Source of the DNA: Dicyema japonicum | Lineage: Eukaryota > Animalia > Dicyemida | Direction of reading: 5' to 3' | Assembly: GCA_011109175.1 (NCBI GenBank) | Contig: RDEW01000022.1 | Span: 291,834-355,833, forward strand | DNA: 64,000 bases | In this document: positions 1 to 11,453 of the stretch, piece after piece | Numbering within the stretch: the first letter of the stretch is position 1 | Layout of the letters: each line of letters opens with the position of its first letter | Made by a program: the position numbers and the translations under genes | The notes under the pieces: generated by a model | Databases searched by the model: none | What the model was told of the DNA's origin: nothing | What the model saw: the letters and a program-made list of their open reading frames with translations, nothing else

Positions 1-270
1 ACGACTCATAGTCGTGGTTCCATATTTCTCCGCTTTTGTGAGGAGGATGGAAACCCTCTTCTATTTCAAGGCAAAAAAACCGGTTGGTACAAAAGTTCCC
101 TTCTCCACCTAGATTCATCTGCGGGAATGAAATATGGGTATTTCGAATGGTGGTGGTATGAAGGTATGATAGAAGACCAGAAGTTGAATGGCTCAATTGA
201 TTGCGGGAACTGGGATCACCTAACTGTTTGACGTTTTTTTCTGTCTTTCTGGAATTCTAAATAAATCACC
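1..270 (+). mobile_element. 3' end remnant of an Ingi/Vingi-like LINE
   Basis: agaagaccaga...ctgggatcacctaac (~170-225) matches the family 3' end at 34140-34190. The 3' arm of the stem is degenerate. Confidence 0.45.
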
Positions 271-274
271 AGAA

Positions 275-620
275 ATGGAAGAACTAACATATCACGTTTG
301 CTCTAAACCTGGTAAGCCAAAGGCCTCCTCTACATCATCTACAGTAACGCACCTAAGTTCTTTGATACCATTCATTTCGGAAGGCTTCAGCGAACCAGGG
401 CACGTTATTAGTCTCATGAAGATCCAAAAGGCCTTTGACTCAATTCCGAGAAACTGACTAACTAGGAAAGTCTTCAACACTTCTATTTATCCGATTTTGA
501 AATGCTGGATAACCAACTTCCTTATCGGAGGAGAGAACAGAGTGTGTATAGGCCTTTCAAAATCGAGACCCAGTCTTCTAAAAAATGTCGTTCCTCAAGG
601 ATCACCTTTCTTGTACAGAA
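275..620 (+). mobile_element. Ingi/Vingi-like RT fragment (left part of a copy interrupted by the minus-strand element at 640-1970)
   Basis: Translates as KPGKP...IQKAFDSIPRN...WITNFL...VPQGSPF, i.e. RT motifs with stops and frameshifts. Confidence 0.7.
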
Positions 621-1760
621 ATTAATCTTTTTGGGGAACTTATCTCCATACAGAGACTACTAATTTAATTTTTTTTCGACGAATAGTTTTCCATAAAAGA
701 CTCGTGGATTTCATATGTCCAATAGATGATAATAGGCGCTTCCACGCCCTATCTTTCTTTTCTCTGATGAGCTTTGTAATTCTCTGATTTAAGCATTTTA
801 TATTTTGCAAATCAGAAGAGGTTTGCAGATGATTCATCTTCAGGGAGTTTCTTTGTTTGATGAGGAGACGAGTCTCCGAGTCCAGAGTAGGCTTGTAGGA
901 TTTGTAAACTGCACGTGGTACAAACAACTTTTCAGCTTGAAGGATTACATGGTTTAGATGGTCTACTGCTTTGTCGATGGAGCAAAATGAGGTGGGATCA
1001 AAGTTTATTAGGTTATTGTCAATGAAGAGCTTGAAATTCGACCAGTCAGCTTTCTTGTAGACCTTGAAGGTTGCTTTAATTCTACGCGAGTTATTGAATC
1101 GGCTCAGTTTTAATATAATCAGATTATGATCACTTTGAAAATCGTAGGAGACGTTCCATGAAATCTTCGGGCAATCCTAGAGGAAACAATGGATATGTCA
1201 GGGGAGGTTGGGTTGTCATTTCTTCGGATAGGTGTCCTTGTGAACATATTCGGGTGATTCAAAATCACCATTTTTTCGAGAGAGTCGATAATTAAACTCC
1301 CCCTCTTGTCTGCCGACTGGGTACTAAACCATTGCGGATGTTTGGCGTTGAAATCCCCACATAGTAACACATTTCGAATTTCTTGTAGTTTGTCGAGCTT
1401 CGGAACATAGTTTTTAGGACAGGATCCCGGCGGTGGAATGTAAATGTTGATTAGAATAAGATGTTCTGACCCATTAATAAGATCAATAGAAATTTGTTCC
1501 GCGGTCTTGTCGTGTAGAATTAAATCATCCACTTGCATGCTTACATCGTGGAAGGATAGACCGTTTCTGATAATTGTGAGTAAGCCGCCACCACGTCCAA
1601 TGCGGTCTTTTCTGATAGAGATGTATCCAGGAAAAAGTGGGGTTGAACTCTTTGTAGAAAGTTTTGACTCCTGGATAAGGCAGATGTCAATCTTGTGCTT
1701 CGTTAATAAAGATCGTAACTCCAGAATCTTTGCATTGAGTTGCATAATAACAAGGGGTTT

Positions 1761-1790
1761 TGGTCCGGGGTTTTGTTCAATATCTCCAGA
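1761..1790 (-). other. 2A-like ribosomal StopGo motif LLL-SGDIEQNPGP
   Basis: Exact D(V/I)ExNPGP consensus preceded by a hydrophobic run, immediately N-terminal to the APE domain and in frame with it. Confidence 0.85.
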
Positions 1791-1882
1791 AAGCAATAGA
1801 ATCCAGGGGAACAAACAACATCTCGAGTTTCCAGTTGAGGTATACCATCCAGGCATAAAGAGTCTGGATGGGGAAGAGCAAA

Positions 1883-1943
1883 TGGTTCTTTTTGGTGTAT
1901 TACTATACTGAGCGCCACCACAAAAGGTGAACCACATGACGCC
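1883..1943 (-). ncRNA. Putative HDV-like ribozyme / nested pseudoknot at the LINE 5' end
   Basis: P1 GGCGUC/GGCGCU (G1-U wobble), AUG linker, P2 UGGUUC/GAACCA, P3 ACC/GGU, P4 GUAU/AUAC, J4/2 ACCAAAAA. Strand order matches HDV topology and the helices covary in other copies. Confidence 0.6.
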
Positions 1944-1977
1944 ACGAGAAAAATAGCCGAGAAAAAAAAAGAGACTA

Positions 1978-2420
1978 CTAAGAATCTTGGGAGTGATCTT
2001 TGACCCTTCCACCTGTTTTCTCTTTATTCGACAGATGCTCTGACAAGGAGTCTTTGGAAACTCAATATTATAAAGACAGTCTTAAATTCAGGGTTCCAGC
2101 TTCCACCTTTTTAATCAGTTCATAAGTCGACGGTGCTTCGTGGGCCTATGGCAGGTCAGTCTCATATTAAAAGACTATAAACTCTCCATAAAGGAAAATG
2201 GAACTAACCTCTCAATTCTTTCCTCTACTCCTCGACCAGTCTGCAATCCGGAATAGTGGTTTCTCACTCTGCCGTCAAATCTGATCGATTTATCGACCAG
2301 GGTTGGAAACCCAGTGGGCATAGGAAAGCAGTTGGAGATATGGAGGAACATTACAAAAACCTCACTCGTTGTGGAATACTAGGATTAATTAGTCAATTTG
2401 ACCTCTCTTAGACTTCCATA
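1978..2420 (+). mobile_element. C-terminal/3' part of the interrupted Ingi/Vingi-like copy
   Basis: RILGVIFDP, KLNIIKT and RVGNP, ending in ggatTAATTAGtc like other family 3' ends. Confidence 0.5.
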
Positions 2421-2799
2421 TGAAAATTCTTCTCTTGTAATGCAAGGTCTTCATTCTATTTGGGCCACATCACATACACCTGAGTGTCTGCTTCTGGTAG
2501 TTATTCTTGCTGTCCCTTCCAAAAATTGGTGTCATAAGGTTAACCAGTCCGTAATGTTCTGGAAGTTTGGTAGGCCAAAGAGTTGGTGGCATTTTCCAAA
2601 TGAATACATTTCCCTTAATTTACAGCCGTTTGTTGAATCTCTATTTTAGTAGTTTTTCCTCCATCGATCAAACTGTCGCCAAAACTAACTACTCTATTCT
2701 GAATGAACTCTGGGTTAGAGTTTTGAACGACAAACTAGAAGTCATGATAGACTCGGAATCTTTGTTGAGGCCCTTTCCAATACGACAAAAGATGCCCTA

Positions 2800-4700
2800 A
2801 GGAGCGACGCGATATAGAACTGGGTACGTCTTCTCAGTTTTGTGCGAGGGGACCTAATCGAGATGGTCACGGAAAGGAGTCTCTCGCTACCGCCATGAGG
2901 ACCAACATTCGTTCTTTTATAGGAGGAACCCATATCCCTTGTTGCCCCACATCTTCTAACCATACGCGTAGACAGATAGTCCGAACATGGATGTGGAAGC
3001 CCCTCAACCTATGGTATCGGTTCTCGGAGGACTCCCAGATACTGTCTTCCAAAATTTAGAGGTGATAATTCCAGCCCTGTTAGAAGCTGGATTAGAATTA
3101 AATTGCGGGAAATGGGAAATCTACAATTGTGGTTTTTCAAAAGAAAGTATTCAAAAGTTGTATCATCTTTCGCGAAATTACTACTGGACTTATTTCCACA
3201 CTCTATGAAGACCTTATATTCCTCGGATCCACAATCACCACGCGTGCAATGAGGAGAGCTATACGGGAAAAACGACTGTTACTCGGAGAAACTCTAGACT
3301 GTGTCTACTTGACGTGCATACAACATTCCAAAGAACAGCCTCAACGTACAAAGGTTTGCATATGTCTTTAGGACTGCTTCTTATTTCACCCAATATTACC
3401 AGGTCGCACATATTGACGGGATTTTCCGTTCGACAGAGGAGCGTATTTTCAACTTCCGGTTAGAGGAATATTCATGGAAGCAGGCCACACTACCGGTCAG
3501 ACTCGGAGAGCTTGGAATTCGCAACCCTGTAGACCAGAGGTTCCCAACCTGGGTTCCGCGAAGTTCCAAAAATTTTTTAATTTTATTTTCAAAAGAATAA
3601 TTTTTCAAAAGAATAATTTTTCAAAACGAATTAATTTAATTTGCGCGTCTAAATGGAGTCTTGTGACAGTGCATATCCTAAAGTTCGGTCGCATCGAGAA
3701 AGTTATATTGCCTTTGGTTTCACATGGACTGGGGACGTGGATTGCCCTCTACTACTTTGTGTTGGTTGCGGTGAAAAACTTGCGAATAGTGCTATAGCTC
3801 CAACGAAACTTAGATGTTGTTTCTCAACCAAGCACCCAGAACTTTCAAAGAAAAAAAAGAATATTTTATGCGAAATTGGACAAGAATAAAGTTCAAGCAT
3901 CCCGTTTTACAAAAAAAAATTCAAAATAAACGAAAGAGCACTGCATGCTAGTTGTCGAGATTGTCGCTAAAAATATGAAATCTGATGACATTGAAACCGC
4001 TTTGGTTCGGTGAATAAAAAATCTGTGCTTTTTGCGCTTCATGTGGATGAAAGTTCGAATATTACAGGCCGATCACTTAAGACTTGTAGCCGTACCTATT
4101 TGTTTAGCCAACCCTTTATATTTTCTCAACGAGGTCTGGACGTCTGTGTGCCGGAAGTCTTTTGAAGATCTGCTAGTGTCATCTAACCAACATCGCCATG
4201 CCTGTTTGTTGTCTTCTGAGAGCGATGACTGGCTCATTGGAGTTTTTTGTAACTTTCTGGAGGATGAATGCGTCCGTATTAGGATCTCTTTACAACTAGG
4301 ATTAAAAGTTTGCGTACCGCATCCGTGCCAATGCAGAGACCAGATCGACTGTTTGGCCTACTTCTTCTCTCCTGCAGGAAAATTCCATCTTTAAAACCAA
4401 AAACACCTGCATCGAAACATTTACCCCTTGCAACTTATTCCAGAATGCCTCTGGCGCCTCTTCTGCCGCTGAGAAGTTCTAGAGGTTGAAACGGAAAAGT
4501 ACGCTCTTACCCAAGGATTTTTTTGTTCCGTTTGCTGTTGAGACGTCTGGTTCCCATTGCTTGTAATACTGGAATTCTTGAGTCGTCTAAGGAATCGTAT
4601 TTCTACACTATCATGAGCGCTGGTGGTTATTTGAAAAAATCTTGTTCGCCACCCTGAGAGGGAATAGCCACGCAGTCAGGGCGTCCGCTATATGACCATT
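2800..4700 (+). mobile_element. Decayed CRE-clade (RLE-type) non-LTR retrotransposon, split by a hAT insertion
   Basis: LGGLPDTVFQNL..GLELNCGKWEI and DLIFLGS (RT), LGELGIRNPVD, LGLKVCVPHPCQC (zinc finger), and an RLE C-terminus (FAVETSGS...LRGNSHAVRA) shared with 27194-27412. Confidence 0.7.
3535..4040 (+). mobile_element. hAT (Buster/Charlie, ZBED5-like) transposon left end and N-terminal transposase fragment
   Basis: Terminus CAGAGGTTCCCAACC preceded by 8-mer ctgTAgac. ORF 3653-3889 ESYIAFGFTWTG..CPLLLCVGCGEKLANSAIAPTKL..KHPE is a BED-finger region. Right TIR not found. Confidence 0.75.
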
Positions 4701-5136
4701 TGCTCACTTTTTTCTGTAATAAATTGTTTAATTTTAAAGCTATTAAATAGATAAATGTGATAGAACGAAATCTTGCTAAAAAATGGACAGATATATCCAA
4801 GTTTAAAAACAATCAACTAGGCTTGCGTTTCTTGACGACGCTAGTTTTCTTGTGCAAACTACTTTGAAAGAAGATAATAAGAGATGGTCTATCTTCGATA
4901 GGCAGAAGTGATGACACCCAATAGGGATTAGTTAATAGTACGAATAATTTATTTTTGATAATGTTGTAGATATAATACATCAGCTGACTGATCATCAAAC
5001 ATTAACAATAAGATGGTCATATTAGCATCAACAATTCCTTACAACCATAACTAGCTTTACCACTTTACACATTATTAATATCCTTACTAGTAAACCAATA
5101 CAACCACAAGCTATATAATGTAACAACTCCCATATA

Positions 5137-6147
5137 CTAACAGAATATCATTAAACACATGTCACTCCCAATAGCCTTGAGAAATATTGTCCTCTACAAT
5201 ATAACATCAAAATAACCTTTTCCTCACAATCAACAATCAATGGGTGATTTAACTCTTGTAGTGCACTCATATAGTGATTGTATATATCATCTCCCTCACC
5301 CAATCTGTCCACCACACACACAATATTACATAGAACTTCCCCATCTCCACTGTCCTATAATAACAAATACCATCCACCAGTCTATACGCCTCCAACAGCA
5401 CAGAATACGCCTCAGCCAGTTTGTTTGCCCAATCAACGAAACTCCTTGAAAGTTCAACAGTCTGCAGAATTCCCAAACCTCTCAATCAGTTCCTTACAGG
5501 CATGGAAAGCATCATTCAGTCCCTTCACGGAATTCTACGTTACCACCAAACACTACCATGTACAAATTGTACTGAATCTGAGCCAGTTGAGTCACTACCG
5601 AGTCCTCGTCCAATTTCACCATCTTCTGCAACTCCTTACAAGCCAAGTCGTGGCGGTGAATACTCAGAAGGCCCTGAATCTTCATTCCCATACATTCCAC
5701 GTGGTCTTTTACGTTTGAGAGTAAGTTTATGGCCAAAATGTAGTTCTATTTGGTTATCAATGTTTACTTTTTCGTGGAACAAAACAATTGACCTCATAAT
5801 TGCAGCTAGAGGGGTCAGATAGGCGCTATCAGAAGAGACGTGGGATAGTATTTCACTGCTGTTCGGTAATGAAGGTAAATAACCGTGATTTATCGTCTGG
5901 TTTGCTAAGGTAAAGCGCTGTGGTGTAGATTTCTTTCAAATCCGAAGTGGACTGATCGTTAGAGTTGATTATAACGGAATATTTGTTCTGTACCATATAG
6001 ACTCGCTGAATTAGAGCCACAACTTCAGGATGTTGCTGGTTATTATATGGTAATTACTTTGTATTTTAATGCTTCTGATAATACTCTGTTGTAATGTCCC
6101 GTATGGAAAAAGTTTTCCATTTGTTTAAGAGATTCAGAGAATGACAT
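5137..6147 (-). CDS. COPE: Coatomer subunit epsilon; multi-exon with ~22-26-nt introns and several 1-nt indels
   Basis: MSFSESLKQMENFFHTGHYNRVLSEA; VECMGMKIQGLLSIHRHDLACKELQKMVKLDEDSVVTQLAQ; DSGDGEVLCNIV..NHYMSALQELNHPLIVDCEEK. These align along the length of COPE as recalled. The 3' end is approximate. Confidence 0.8.
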
Positions 6148-6251
6148 CAACAAAAATAAGCTACGATATTCAAATTTAAATTATTATTATTTAAAAAAGA
6201 TAAAATTTTAATAATTATCTAATTAAGTGATTTCAATATCCTTTCAATTTC

Positions 6252-8090
6252 GAACGTAAAATCAAAATTGCGGCTAGAAAGAAATACTATCAAAGCAAAA
6301 ATAAGAAAAACTATACGCCAGCATAACAGAAATAAAGCACTGGACCAGATTAAGAAGATAGAATCTCTCAAGGACAACGCCAGATTTTACGAGGCTGTGA
6401 AACAGATAAAAGGAAATAGGCCCCATCAACCGATAATGATAAGAGATGACAAAGGAACGCAAATTGTGGACCAAATGGAAGTGGCTGAAATTATCGCTGC
6501 CCACTTTGGAAAACTTTTTGACCCAAGGAACGACACTATCAACCTAGAACGAGGAAAATTGGACGAGGAAATCACACCATATGAAGTTGAACTTGCGAGT
6601 TACAAGTTGAAAAACAACAGGACTCCTGGCCCCGACGGACTCGCTGGTGAATTCTTCAAATATTGAACCCAAAAGCTGTATGGATGCATCGCTAGGATCC
6701 TGAATGAAATGTACTATTATGGTCACACGCTGACCCTGGGAGAGGGTATCTTGATACCTGTACAGAAGGCGAATAAACCAAGATCTAAGGTGGAGAACCT
6801 CCGTCCGGTCATATTAATGAATTCACTTCGGAAAATTCTGGCGAACATAACATTACAAAGGATGGAAGGACGCCTAGATACTTTTCTGTCGCCATACCAC
6901 AGCGGATTCCGAAAAGGAAGATCTACTTCCGATGTTTTGTGGTCCCACAAGTGGAGATCTGCGGCCGTTCAAAAGTTCAAAATGTCTACAACCATCCTCG
7001 GAATCGACATTTCGAGGGCCTTCGACTCTGTCGACAGACGGAGGCTAATACTGGTTTTGGAAAGTTTCCTAGACGCTTCACTGTCAGAATGGCCACCACC
7101 CTCCTAGCTGATACTTGGCTCACTGTAAGAGTCGGGGGAGCCTTGTCTCGCCGATTTGAGACGACTGTTGGCACTCCACAGGGAGACCCATTATCACCTA
7201 TACTTTTTGTCATATACCTTGAAGCTGCTTTACGGGAGTCAAAACCGATAATGGGTGAAAAGACAAACATTATTGCGTATGCTGACGACGTAGACTTTAT
7301 TTCAAATGACAAAATACCGCTCACCCGCTTGATGGAAGAAGTGTCTGGAAGACTAGCCGAATGGTTCCTAACAGTAAATCCGGACAAGACTGACGTAACT
7401 GAACTCAAGAGGGAAGAAACAAGGACGGAGGAGTACTGGCGCAAATGCAAAAAGCTTGGCTCCCTCCTAGGAGACCATGAAGAAATTACGAGAAGGAAAA
7501 CCCTAGCACAAACTGCCCTCTCCAGATTAAAGAACATCTGGCTTCACAAAAAGGGCCTTGACATTATAACAAAAACTCGATTATACAACTCGCTAGTGAA
7601 ACCCATACTACTATATAACGCTGGTACCTGGGCCTGCTCAAGAAATGAACTGAAGAGGCTTAATTCGTTTCATAGAAACCAACTACAGCATATGATGTTC
7701 GAAAGAAGTGATACGAGGATGTCATCTAATCTTCTTATAAGAGGACGAAAACCTCAGAAAATTCAATGAAATTCTGGATACACGATGGAGGCTTTTCGGC
7801 CATATTTTGCGACTGGACCTAGATGCCCTCGCGAACGTAGCCATGGAGGATTACTTCATGTTGGAGGCCCCCCGTTTCCGTGGTCGCCCAAGGACGACAC
7901 TGGCAGTCGTTCTCGACGAGGACCTCAAAGAAATGGGACGGCATCTTGCAAGTGGAGAGGATCTTGACTGGTTGCGCACTGCGGCGTGAATAGGAGGAAG
8001 TGGATGAAACTAACCAGTGATTTGCTAACTCGTGTTGCACATGCTTTGTCAAGTCCTATGACATAGCGATAAGTGCTTATAATAATAATA
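6252..8090 (+). mobile_element. RTE-clade LINE, 5'-truncated, RT with frameshifts (copy A)
   Basis: KLKNNRTPGPDG, GIDISRAFDSV, PQGDPLSP, YADD, RWRLFGHILR..RGRPRTT, then a (TAA)n tail at ~8075-8090. Confidence 0.9.
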
Positions 8091-10260
8091 TCGACGGACC
8101 TTAGAACATTTGGACTCAGACGACACCATGGAGCAGATCACTATCAAGTGGAGCTGTACTCGTCAGTTTGGATCAACTTGATTGACCTATATATTCCACC
8201 ACAAGGATCCTGCCCAAAATCCTACACCCAAATAACCCTGCCTCTCAGTACTAAAGAACGCTCTAATATGCGGTGACCTAAATGATTGACACCCGTTTGG
8301 CTATCTTCACAGTCCTCTGACACCCGAAGTGAGTTCATATTGATATGTTTATCCGGAATGATCTTAAATTACAGACAAGAACCCCTTTAAGGAGCACTGA
8401 TAGCTGCACCTCTCCTGTTTAACCCTATGTTCTCCTCTTTAGCAAGAATCACTAAATGGGATGTGAACTATGGTTTCTCCAGCGACCATAATCCCATCCT
8501 TCTCACGTAAAGGGATTTCGGAGACGCCGGACATTGCTGACCGAAGTGAAAAGTTTCAAGAATTATGAAGGTTGACTGGTATGGCTTCTCTGACTTCGTA
8601 GACTTGGAAATGGTCAAAAAACTATCATCCCATATCCGTTCGATAAATCATCAGTGTGTCCATTCAAAAGGCTGACAACATATTTATTCCCTCTCATCAT
8701 ACACGAATTATACATACCCTCAATTCTCGGACACTTACACTCATAAAACAAAGGAACCAAATGAAAAGATGCCATCGACGGAGTTGAAATCCATCAGACA
8801 ACTAAATAAAAGTATCAACCAGAGCATAAAAGACCATCAGGATCAAAGGTGGCGTCACCTAATCAATCGCCTTAACGGAAAAAGTTAATCTTATCAATTT
8901 GGAAAACATTAAAACAAATTAAATCAGAGTTGGAAGACACGAACGGAACCTGTAACCCCTCTCCAGAACTTATTTGTCATATACACCCTAATCTACTTAT
9001 GAAACATTACGCTGCGATCAGCTTCAAAAATTCTCTAAGCAACTGGATATCAAAGTACGTGCCCGCAAACCGAAAAATGAACCTAACAAGAACTATTCTC
9101 CGACAAGCAGGTCTCAGAGGTTATCGTCGGATTAAAGAACTCACGGGCCTGCGGCCCAGACAAAGTATCTTCAATTCATTTAAAACATTTAAACTAATAC
9201 GCAATTAGTTACCTAACGGAAATTTTTAGCCTGTCCGTTGACTGGAACACTATCCCTAAATATGGAAGAACTCGTCATCACTCCAATTCATAAGACCGGA
9301 AAACCAAAAGGAGATACCAATTTATACAGACCAATCTCATTGACCTCTACTATATCGTTGGAAAAGTTGATCCTATCTGAAATTACTCTTTCCCTAACTC
9401 AACCGAATTTCCAACACGGATTCCGTTCTGGAAGATCAACCACAACATTCCTATCAACGCGTTCACAGTTCATTGCGGATGGTTTCAACACTACCCCAAA
9501 ACACATGCGGACAAAATGGTCTCGATTGACATCAACAAGGCGTTTGACTAGATACCGAGAAAAGATTTAATTGGAAAAATTTTTGATTCAAAAATTCGCA
9601 CTAACTTGAAGTTATGGCTGACCAAATTTTTATCTGGAAGACGTGGAGGGTGATCTGTGGCTACCACAGATCACGTTTACTACCAAACGGATTGCCCCAA
9701 GGTTCGTTTTTGTCCCCCACTTTATTCAACTTTTCCTCCACGACCTGCCAGCAGACATTGACAAGGACTTCCTACTGCTTTTTTATGCTGACGATATCAT
9801 CATTGCTACAAGAAGCAGTTCAACATCAGAAGCAGTCTCACTCGCACAGAAGAAAGTGGATTGTATCCACGATTGGTTGATAGCTAACCGTCTCTCGGTA
9901 TCGGCTCAAAATCAACATGCACTCTATTCACCTCCGACCGGCGGTCCAAAGAAAAACCAGAAATCTTTATCGGACATACTCGGATACCTGTCACAAGAAG
10001 CCCTTAATCCTGGGAGTGACATACGACAGGATGCTTAATTTTACCTACCATGCCAAACAGGTTTTCACCAAAGAACTACAGAAATTGAATGTCACACGGG
10101 CCCTCATCCAGAAGACCCCAGCGAATATGAATGAAGCAATCGGAACCATATACAGTCAGACAATCGCGCCGGCTGTGGAATATGCCTCTGCTGCGTGGAG
10201 ATTCGCGTTATCAGAGGCCACTATCCAAAATTCCACTGTTGAATATTACCATTATGCCCT
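8090..10260 (+). mobile_element. Decayed Ingi/Vingi-like LINE (partial APE, RT, C-terminus)
   Basis: IDLYIPPQGSCPK, KTGKPKGD..YRPISL, QHGFRSGRSTTT, LPQGSFLSP, FYADD, ILGVTYD, EYASAAWRF. Confidence 0.75.
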
Positions 10261-10269
10261 CCTTCCTTA

Positions 10270-11038
10270 GGAAATTTGATAAGGATAGATCTTTTTTTGT
10301 TCATAAGGTAGTCCACAGTTTCTACAACTGATTGACGAAAACGATCAGATTCTTCAATGCAAATGCGAGGAAACATATTTTGCTTTTGTTGATCTTCAAG
10401 TAGTCCAGAAATGAAAAAAATAAATTTTCAGAATGCCCAGCTACGAATCAGCTTTTCCTGGCGAATTGAGCTTTGTTCCATTGAAACCAAATAGGTTGAA
10501 GGCCAGAGATGCCAAGCGTACCTAACAGTATGTTTCAGGAACTAGTAATGGAATATAACGGAGTATTCCTGCAACTCGCAGCACAAGAATGAGAACATAA
10601 CCTTCAGACAGTCTTCAAAAATTTGAATTAGATTTTGAGCCCACTAAACTTCAGGAGTCATTTCTTTGGGAATTGGTCGGCTTGACTTTGAAAACTTTGA
10701 AATCAACACGTATCTTTTTAATATGTCGTGATTCTTGGTTTTAAAAATGTCTGTTTGATTTCTGCATTTTATACAGCGGCTAAAGTATTCAGCCTTTCCT
10801 TGTCGATATTTTATGCGTATTTTAAATTCCTCACATTCACACACTTTTATGATGAAAGATCCGTAATAAGCCTACTCCTTTAGCATTTACAGTTTATTGC
10901 AGATAGAACCAAAGTTAACATCAAGGTAAACATAAAACTCTTTAGGTAACATTATGGGAAAAAATTATTATTTTTATGGAGGTACTATAATTGCTTAGGG
11001 GTAAAAATGCTTAGTGGGGACAAAAGTTCACCAGTACC
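10270..11038 (-). mobile_element. Possible DNA transposon remnant (Merlin/IS1595-like?) with zinc-ribbon ORF fragment
   Basis: ORF 10644-10844 has CECE...CIKC. A GGTACT-type terminus lies at 11038 within a short inverted repeat (10981-11038). No catalytic motif was recognised. Confidence 0.3.
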
Positions 11039-11453
11039 GGCTTTCGCACATCCAGAAAACAATTAGACATTTTGTGTGATAGAGGTACCACTCAAACCTT
11101 CTGACCAAACTTCTTGGTTTACTGGTTGATCTAATTGTGTAATATACTTTCGAAGCAACTGCAGGGACTATGCGCAGGAAGCTTCAGAGGGTATCCCGAC
11201 TTAATGATTCCAAAGATAGTTAGTTTAGTAACCCCGACCTCACTAACTTGTAGGAGACCAGTGGCTATTACTTCCATAGATCTGATCGTGGGCGCATGGT
11301 TCTAAAGAAATCAAAAAGCAGTGTAAGTTCAATTCACTTTGTAAATAATATAATTAATGTAATTACGTGTATCGACTTTATCGAGTTGTAATTAACAGAA
11401 AATATTACTTAAATACGTAACTTATTTGTCGGCGTAGTATTATCATAAATCCA

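Larger units (their letters stand above)
640..1970 (-). mobile_element. 5' half of an Ingi/Vingi-like non-LTR retrotransposon: 5' structured RNA, 2A peptide, APE endonuclease, linker
   Basis: ORF 1119-2012 has APE motifs (QLNA, DICLIQESKL, GGGLLTIIR, INIYIPP, CGDFNAKHPQW, SPDIS). Linker AWKRLLSSI...LWKTIRR lies at 640-927. Confidence 0.85.

Noticed and set aside
2296-2320. ggttggaaaccc as the right TIR of the hAT at 3535
   Set aside because: It lies on the wrong side with no matching TSD, and reads as the RVGNP motif of a LINE C-terminus.
5278-5822. Plus-strand 146-aa and 133-aa ORFs
   Set aside because: Antisense shadows of COPE exons.
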